Source: Leucoraja erinacea
Taxonomy: Eukaryota
DNA: 64,000 nucleotides
Assembly (NCBI RefSeq): GCF_028641065.1
Contig: NC_073390.1
Coordinates: 25,110,001 to 25,174,000, forward strand
Direction: 5' to 3'
The translations under genes and the position numbers were made by a program. The notes below the pieces were generated by a model. That model was not told where the DNA came from, did no database searches, and was given only the letters and a program-made list of their open reading frames with translations. This document shows positions 56,001 to 64,000 of the stretch, in pieces (positions within the stretch are counted from its first letter, which is position 1; each line of letters starts with the position of its first letter).

Positions 56001-58854
56001 GTCTCCGCTTTCCCTGCAGAGTGTTCTGAGCTGGCGGAATGTTTATTATTTAGACACGAAGCTCAATTTAACTAAAAGTCGCCACCGCCCTGCAGTGCGT
56101 TGAGACATGTCTGCTGTTTTCAGAATCATGTAGGATTCCTCTCGGAGCGTCAAGGAAAGGGCTCTGCTCGGGTTTGAACCTGTTGACTCGGGGCTGGGAT
56201 GTGAAGCCCATGCGTGAGGAGACGTCCTTGCCTGGACTAACACTGGGCTCTGAAGGAGAGTGGGTCCACCGTAAATTGGCTCAAGTGATTCAGTGGACAA
56301 GACGCGTCCTTGACTCGTGTGTGGCCACTCAAGGGTGATGTGTCTCTCAGTGCCCGCCATTTGTGTCTACCCTGTAGGTCTGACCTGAAACGTCATCTGT
56401 CCACTCCCTCCACAGTTGCTGAATTCCTCCAGCACTTTGTGTTTGGCTCAAGATTCCAGCATATGCAGTTCCTGCAATCTCCATTTAAGGGGCACTTGGC
56501 AAATGGGGCTGGTGTAGATGGGGCATCTATGTCATCATGGATGAGTTGGGCAGATGGGCCTGTGTCGGTACTGTATGGCTCGAGGGGTTACAGTGAGCCC
56601 AGTAACACTAGGCAGGAGGAAGTGATGGTCAGTGTGGTTCCACAGAGTCTCGTGTCTCGGTCAGTTGTGGACATGTTGATGGGGATTGTCCCCAAAACCA
56701 GCTCTGACTCTATAATGTTATTCTGGACGCCCGGCCATGCCTGGCACAGGCGAGATGCCTCTCTCATCAATGTGGGAGCCCCCTTGCGTGTGATGCAGGT
56801 GAGTCTGTACAGCTGCGAGCAGCCACTGTTGGAGCAGTTTCTCCAGCAGATGTTGCCGGTTTGCTCCCAGCCTGCTATGACAGGGTTTTCCACCCATTGA
56901 GCAAATGCACTCGGATTGCTAACTGTGCAGCTTTACAAGAACGTTCTTGCTCCCAGGAAATCACGCCAGTGCACTCATGCCGAGTGTGGTGGTTGGAGAG
57001 GGAGAGGGAGAGGGATGGGGAGCACAGTGAAGTGTGCATGCAACAGGCTCAGCAAGTGAACCACTGGCATTTGTGTCGCGCCTTCAACTACACAGTAATT
57101 AATCATTGCGCAGTTGTGCTGTGGTTTACAGTGGTTATTGGGTAAAGGAGACAATGGCTGGCAGTGGGCAGTGCCCGGGAGCTGGTGTTGGTACTGGAGT
57201 GGTTTATTATTGTCACCTTACTGAGACACAGTGAAAAGCTTTTGTTTACAGTCATGTCATACTGCACACAAGAGTACCATCAAACCATATATAAGTACAA
57301 CAGGGAGTGCAAAGAGAAAAGTACCAAAATGGAGAATATAGTGTCTAGCATTAAAGCATAACAGTTCCAGAGAAAAAGTCTCAGGTCTGCAATGAGGTCA
57401 GTTGGAAGATCGCCATAGCCTCACAATACCAGAGACCTGAGTTCGATCCTGACCACAGATGCTGTCTGTGTGGCGTTTGCATGTTCTCCCTGTGATCGCA
57501 TGGGCTTCATCCGGGTGCTCTGGTTTCTTCCCACATCCTAAAGACGTGCTGAATGGTGGGTTAATTGGCCACTGAGAGCTACCCGGGCATGTGACCACAC
57601 AAAGTGATGGGGAATCGATGGAGATGTGACAATGGATGAGTTTCAGGGGTACACAGCAATGTGGTGGCAGGCAGCCAATGGGTTTGCCGTTCAGTGGGGC
57701 CAATAACCTCGCTGTTCAGGGCGTACAATGGGCTCAAGGTTTAAGGCAGCCAATGGTGGGATGGGGTGGTCACGTGCTGAGCCCATACAGTCTGTCACCA
57801 GCTGAGAAATGGAGGAGTATGGACCAGGCACAGGCAGGTAGGACTAGCTTGTGTGAGGCAATTTGGGCTGAAGAGCCTGTTTCCATGATGTGTAGCTCAG
57901 ACTCTAAAAGGGCTCTTTGGCCTAACTTGCCCATTCTGACCAAGTTGTTTATCTAGACAGACAGACAGACAGACAGACACACACTTTTTTCCTGGTACGT
58001 GACTGCAATCATCCATGTCACCGCCTGCCTGGTCGTTGCTGAGTCAGTAACCAGGTGATGTCGGGCTTGTTTCAACATTGGTCATGTAGCGTGAGACAGA
58101 CCTGCGATCAGTCCACTCCCGACCCCCGCCCGTCCCCCCTCCCCGCCCACTTCCCCTCTGACCCTCCACCCCCTGCCCATCCCACCCTTTCACCCCCCTC
58201 TCCACCCCCCCCGTCCCCGCCCCACAAATGGACCAAATGTCCAGTGTCCACTCTCGGTACAGATTGGGCAATGGCATCCACTGCTATTCCTGGCCACTTG
58301 TCTGGAGAGATGTTGGAGTTGATTTATTATTGTCGTGTGTACCGGGATACAGTGAAAAGGCTTGCGTGCTATCCAGTCAAATCATACTCTACATGAGTAT
58401 AATCAAACTATACAAGTAGAACAGTTTGTGCAAAGAGAAAAATACTGCAGAATATATTGTTACAGTGTTACAGCATTACAATTACAGAGAAAGTACAGAT
58501 AAAAAAAGTGCAAGGGCCACAATGATGTAGGTTGGAAGATTGTAACTATACCCTAGCTAATGGGAGGACTGTTCGGTAGTCTGATAACAGCGGGGAAGAA
58601 GCAGTTCCTGAATCTGGTGATTCGTGCTTTCAAACTTTGTATCTTCTGCTCGACAGGAGAGGGGAGAAGATGGAATGATCCATGTTGAGAAGAATGAGCC
58701 TTGATTATGTTGTAATCTGAGGCATCATCCAGACTTAGTCTGCAGTGTGTTTATGAGTGGCCTGGTTCAAGATTCACAATGTGGCACAGTGGCTTAGAGG
58801 TTAGAGATGTTGTATCTCCAAACTATAAAATAAACTAAACTAAATCAACCACTC

Positions 58855-59183
58855 AATAGACAATAGGTGCAGGAGTAGGCCATTTGGCCCTTAGAGCAAG
58901 CACTGCCATTCAATGTGATCATGGTTGATCATCCACAATCTGTACCCAGTTTCTGCCTTCTCCCCATATCCTCTGACCGCTATCTTTAAGAGCTCTATCT
59001 AGCTCTCGAAAGTATCCAGAGAACCGGCCTCCACCGGCCTCTGAGGTAGAGAATTCCACAGACTCATTACTCTCTGTGTGAAAAAGTGTTTCCTCATCTC
59101 CGTTCTAAATGGCTTACCACTTATTCTTAAACTGTGGCACCTGGTTCTGCACTCCCCCAACATCGGGAACATGTTTCCTGCTA
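58855..59183 (-). mobile_element. CR1/HER1-like LINE 3' end
   Basis: Translates AGNMFPMLGECRTRCHSLRISGKPFRTEMRKHFFTQRVMSLWNSLPQ. Confidence 0.85.
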
Positions 59184-59327
59184 ATCGAGCTCCAGCTGCA
59201 AGGACAGCTAGAGCTTCACCATGTTGTGTGTGGTTTCGTGGATCACACTGTGGGCAGCCAGGGCAGTGATGCCAGGATGGTTGGGGGGGGGGGAAGAGTG
59301 GAACTTGCACAAGAGGTTAAGTGATTT

Positions 59328-59575
59328 ATTTTAGTTTCGAGATATAGCGTGGAAACAGGCCCTTTGGCCCAACAGGTCAGCGCCGACCAGTGATCACCCG
59401 TACACTAGTTCTATCCTACACACTAGGGACAATTTACAGAAGCCAATTAACCTATAAATCTGTATGTCTTTATAATTTGGATGGAAACCGGAGCTCCCAA
59501 AGAAAACCCACGCGGTCACGGGGAGAATGTAGAAACTCCGCACAGACACCTGTAGTCAGGTCCGAACCAGGGCTC
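59328..59575 (-). mobile_element. HE1-like V-SINE
   Basis: V-domain and tail homologous to 8101-8419. Confidence 0.8.
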
Positions 59576-60789
59576 CTTCCAATCCACAATCAGTTCCTTG
59601 GTTTTGCTGTTGTTGAGGGCCAGGTTATTGTGCTGGCACCATATGGACAGTTGCTCGATCTCTCTTCTATACTCTGACTCATCCCCATCAGTGATACGTC
59701 CCACAACACTGTGCCGCCTTAATGGGGCATGTGTGGCGGGGGTGGGGGGAGAGTGTACGAAAGGTGCAGCGATGGGGGGGCAAGAGGGAAGGGGGATGGA
59801 GCACAGGGTGAAGTGTCGGCATGAGCCCCATAACCAGTTATGACAGTATTGTGTGGAGATCCCTGGTGGCCCGCTGCTTAAGGAGCAGGCGGCTTGCTGT
59901 CACACACCCTGCTGTTTGCTCCTGCCCTGCTGCACGCCGTTTCCCAGTAAATAAACGGCCAGCTGTTTCTCATTGCCGGCTCCCCTCTCCCTCATTTGAC
60001 AGCTACCTCACACGGCGCAGGCAGAGAGGACTGGGCCTATGTGCAGAGCCTCCTTACTTCATGGAAACTTAGCGAATAGTGAAAGGCCTCAATAGAGTGG
60101 ATGTGATGAGGATGTTTCCACCGGTGGGAGAATCTAGGACCAATGGCCACAGCCTCGGAACTAAAGGACGCACCTTTAAGAATGGAGTAGGGGATAGGGT
60201 CTGGAACTTGTGGCTCGGGACAGTGGGGACATGGGGACCCTCCACAGTCCTGTGGGCATGAGGTGGCGGCTCTCAATCAACCGAGTACAAGTCAGGAAGT
60301 CATGTTGCAAAACTTGATAATTTTAAAGGTTATAAAACTTTTCAGACACAAGATAACTGCAGATGCTGGAATTTTGAGCAAAACACAAAGTTGATATCGG
60401 CAGGTCAGGCTTTGCCCAGCCCCTCCTCTCTTCCAGCTTTCCCAGCCCTGCTACAATCCGTCTGAAGAAGGGTCCCAACCAGAAACATTTACCTATCCAT
60501 GTTCTCCAGGGATGCTGCTCGACCAGCTGTTACTCCAGCACTTTGTGTCTTCACTAGCTTTTCTGTCTCCTTACTGTACTCCGTCTCATTATTTGTGATT
60601 CCCCCCCCCCCATAAGTGGTGTAATCTGCAAACTAGTAGATGGAGTCGGAGCTGAATTTGGCCACACAGTCGTGAGTGTATAGGGAGTTTAGTGGGGGTC
60701 AGAGAACGTATCCTCGAGGGGCACCGTGTGGAGAGTTCATGTGGAGGGAATATTGTTACTGATTTCACTGTCTCTGGTCCAGTTTAAAT

Positions 60790-61095
60790 GTTTGGTTTTA
60801 GAGATACAGAGAGTTTTAGAGAACCCTTCGGCCCACCAAATCCATGCCGACCAGCGATCATTCTATACACTAGCACCGTCCCACACACGAAGGACAATTT
60901 ACAATTTTTACCAAAGCCAGTTAACCTACAAACCCATCCGTCTTTGGGATGTGGGAGGAAACTGGAGCCTCCGGAGAAAACCCACACGGTCACAGGGAGA
61001 ACGTACAAGAGCTGTACAGACATCACATATAGTCGGGATCGAACCTAAGTCTCTGCTGTAAGGCAGCAACTGTACCTCTGCGCCACTGTGCTGCC
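60790..61095 (-). mobile_element. HE1-like V-SINE, full length
   Basis: Minus strand GGCAGCACAGTGGCGCAGAGGTAC...GGTTCGATCCC (A and B boxes), then V-domain and tail. Confidence 0.85.
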
Positions 61096-61652
61096 GTGTG
61101 GGTGAGGCAGTCGAGGATGCTGTGGCAGGGGGGTGGCCTGCCTCCTGGGTGCTGGAGTTTGGAGATGCAAGTCTGGCCCAGCGATGCACCCGGAGATGCA
61201 GGCTTCTCTCTGTCCTCTAGGCCAGGCGGCAACAACAGGACCCTTGTGCTGCGGCCTGTAGCGAGCCTGCAGTTCACGGTGAGCCTGTCCACGGAGGCAG
61301 CTTCAAAAGCAATGTTTCCGTAAAGGAATGATTCCTAATGTGCGTGTGGCAGTGGAAAGTTGGGCTAATTTGCTGCCACACTAGGCTGATTGTTCAGACT
61401 GTGTGTGGCTGGGTATGCCGGCTCCATAAACCAGCGGCAGTCCCTGTGGGAACCCTGCCCTCTTGATCTCTGCTCCAGGAACATTAGCACTGCCTCGTGT
61501 TTGACCCCAGCCCACTCCCTCCCTCATGCTCTCCCCCTCAGGCCTTCAGATCAGGGGGCTCGGGGAAATTTGACCCTGTATAGGGGCCGTTCGGCCCATT
61601 GACTCCACACTGCCCTGTGGAGAGGGAAGAGCGGTCTGTCTCTCCACCCCGC

Positions 61653-61947
61653 ACTTTAGAGATATAGCGTAGAAATAGGCCCTTCAGCCCACCAGGTCCG
61701 CGCCGACCAGCAATCATCCCATATACAGGCACTATCCTACACACTAGGGACAATTTACAATTTACACAAGCCAATTAACCTGCAAACATGCACGTCTTTA
61801 GGATGTGGAAGGAAACTGGAGCACTTGGAGAAAACCCACACGGTCATACGAGCAAACTCCGTACAGACACCATCCGTGGTCAGGATCGATCCGGGGTCTC
61901 TGTTGCTATGAGGCAGCAACTCTACCATTGTGCCACTGTGCTGTCCC
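61653..61947 (-). mobile_element. HE1-like V-SINE, full length
   Basis: Minus strand GACAGCACAGTGGCACAATGGTAGAG...GGATCGATCC, then V-domain and CR1-like tail. Confidence 0.85.
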
Positions 61948-61984
61948 TTTAGCAATGAGTGTTGATGTGGGGAGGTGTGTGTTC

Positions 61985-62370
61985 AGTTTGTAGGAGCGAT
62001 GTGGAGAGGGTGCAGAGGAGGTTTATCAAAATGCCACCTTCATTAGGGGGTATTAGCTGCAGGAGGAGTTTGGGCAACTTGAAGTTTCCCCTGGAACACC
62101 AGAGGTTGAGAGGCGACCTGATAGAAGTATATAAAATTGTGGGAAGCATAGACATTGCATACTGTCAGAACCTGTTCCTGCAGAGTGGGAATATGTAATA
62201 CAAGTGAACATAGCTTGAAGGTGAGGGGCAAAGTTTAATGGAGATGTGAGCGGCATGTTTTTTTTACACTGAGAGTGGTGGTGGAGGCAGATACGATAGT
62301 GGTGTTTAAGCTTTTAGATAGGCATATGTATATGTAGGGAATGGAGCGATATGGATCGTGTACAGGCAGA
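61985..62370 (+). mobile_element. Old CR1-like LINE 3' fragment
   Basis: Translates VERVQRRFIKMPP...LEHQRLRGDLIEVYKIV. Confidence 0.75.
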
Positions 62371-63489
62371 GGAGGGGGATCATTTTCCTGCAGCTCGCAT
62401 GGAGTGATTCATCAGTTGCAATGGCCGACCAGCAGGAGGACAGACATCCAGATGTTGACATCAGCTGTTGCCGGGGTGTACACTGGCTGCTATTTATTCA
62501 CAGCAGTGTGTGCTCACACACTGCACCTATCTGGGGGGGGGGGGGGGGGGGTACGCAGGGGGAAGGCGTACGGGCACGGGCTTCTGGTGTGCAGTTAAAG
62601 TCATTCACCCACGTTATTTTATTATTCTCTAGCTCTCTCGCTCTCTCTCTCTCTCCTCTCTCCTCCCATCCCTCATCCCTCGTCTCTCTCCCTCTCTCGC
62701 TGTGTCTCTGTCTTTCACTCTCTCCCTCCCTCCCTTTCTGTCTCGTGCGCTCTCTCTCCCGCTCCCCATCTCGTCTCTCTCTCGCTCTCTCATTTCCTCT
62801 CTCTCACCCACTCGCCTCGGCATTCCCAGACTCATTTGGTGTTTTGCAGGGACGGCTGCATCTGTAGTTCCTTCCTGTTGGGGGGGGGGGCCTGGCCCGT
62901 GGCGGCTCCTGGTCTGTTCCCTCCATGGATGCCACCTGGTCCTCCAGCACTCTGTGTTTTTTGTTTGGCTCTGGAATTGAAGGTGGATACGGGGGGCTGG
63001 GGTGGCTCAGCGGGACGGGCGGTGGCTCTGGGGAGTGTTTGGCATTTCGGGTTGAGACCCTTCTTCAGACAATCACGTACTCTCACCGATGAGAGTTCAG
63101 TTCAGTCTGAAGAAGGGTCTTCTCTCCAGAGTCGCTGCCTGTCCTGCTGAGTTACCCCAGCTTTAGATTCAAGATTCAAGAGATTCAAGAGAGTTTATTG
63201 TCATGTGTCCCAGATCGGACAATGAAATTCTTGCTATCTTTATGTCTATCTTCAATTTCAGAGTTAAATAAAAAACACAGTGCTGGATGCACTCAGTGGG
63301 CTAGGCAGCATCTGTGGAGGGAATGGATTAGGAGTTGTTTTGGGCCAGGGTTCTTCTTCAATAGGAAAGAACTGCAGATCAAAGATACTAGAGCAGATAC
63401 TAGTATCATTACTGCAGATCTGGCATGACATTCTTCCGATTTAAATCGGAGTTCTGAATTATTTGTTTTCCTATTTGTTAATTTGTTGT

Positions 63490-63875
63490 GCCCAATTATT
63501 TGCCGACCAATCAACCACTGTCTCTAAGGGGGTTGCGACCAATCACCGACCAGCTTCCCTTAAAATTCCTGTTCATTCAACAAATCAGTCTCCTCGCGTC
63601 CAATTAGCCGTTGTCTCCAAAGGCATTGTGTCCAATCACATAATATGCTGGTCACTCGGCGACCAATCAGATACAGTCGCTGCGGGGCGCTGTGACCAAT
63701 CACTGACCAGCTTCCCTTAAATTTCCCGTCCAATCAACGAATCGATTTCCTCCCATCCAATCAGCCGCTGCCTTCAAGGGCATTCTGTCCAATTACCTAA
63801 TGCGCTGGTCACTCGGTAGTCAAACAAACACAGTCTCCGAGGGGCATTGTGACCAATCACCGACCTGCTTCCCCC
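63490..63875 (+). repeat. 157-bp higher-order repeat of ~31-bp CCAAT-containing subunits
   Basis: GACCAATCAC(C/T)GACC(A/T)GCTTCCC at 63537, 63694 and 63851; 12 CCAAT pentamers, all in the same orientation. Confidence 0.9.
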
Positions 63876-64000
63876 ACCGAAGCAGATGATGGCTGCAGGC
63901 AACACAGAGAGAGAAAGAGAGAGAGAGTTGCTAGAAAGCAGCTATGACATAATACACAATAAACTGTATTACAAATACACCATAAACAAGTTATGCATTC

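Noticed and set aside
60790-61947. tRNA genes from A/B-box matches
   Set aside because: These are tRNA-derived SINE heads that continue into a V-domain and LINE-like tail.

Overview
Vertebrate genomic DNA, very probably a cartilaginous fish (skate or ray), inferred from its repeat landscape: HE1-type V-SINEs, HER1/CR1 LINEs, Rex1/Babar LINEs and Neptune-type Penelope elements. Two host genes lie on the + strand. The first is a complete 4-coding-exon claudin, called CLDN1 (1171-1393, 6329-6493, 7834-7918, 17007-17160; 208 aa ending KNYV), probably with an extra non-coding first exon. The second is exon 1 of a prolyl 3-hydroxylase, called P3H2 (41868-42263), whose first intron runs past the window end. 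The rest is mostly mobile DNA. It includes a two-LTR endogenous retrovirus (19420-25040, minus strand; tRNA-Ser PBS, 4-bp TSD, env and integrase remnants, no RT seen), a 218-bp solo LTR, and two full-length decayed DD34E Tc1 transposons, one Passport-like. About 20 Penelope 3' tails carry minimal hammerhead-ribozyme motifs, some as TSD-flanked fold-back mini-elements, one inside the probable CLDN1 3'UTR. Two tandem arrays in P3H2 intron 1 look like transcription-factor site arrays: a 23-bp unit made of a DR2 element plus a GC box, and a ~32-bp-phased CCAAT array. There are two assembly gaps. All calls come from reading the sequence and recalled family motifs; no searches were run. TE boundaries are approximate unless TSDs or TIRs are quoted.
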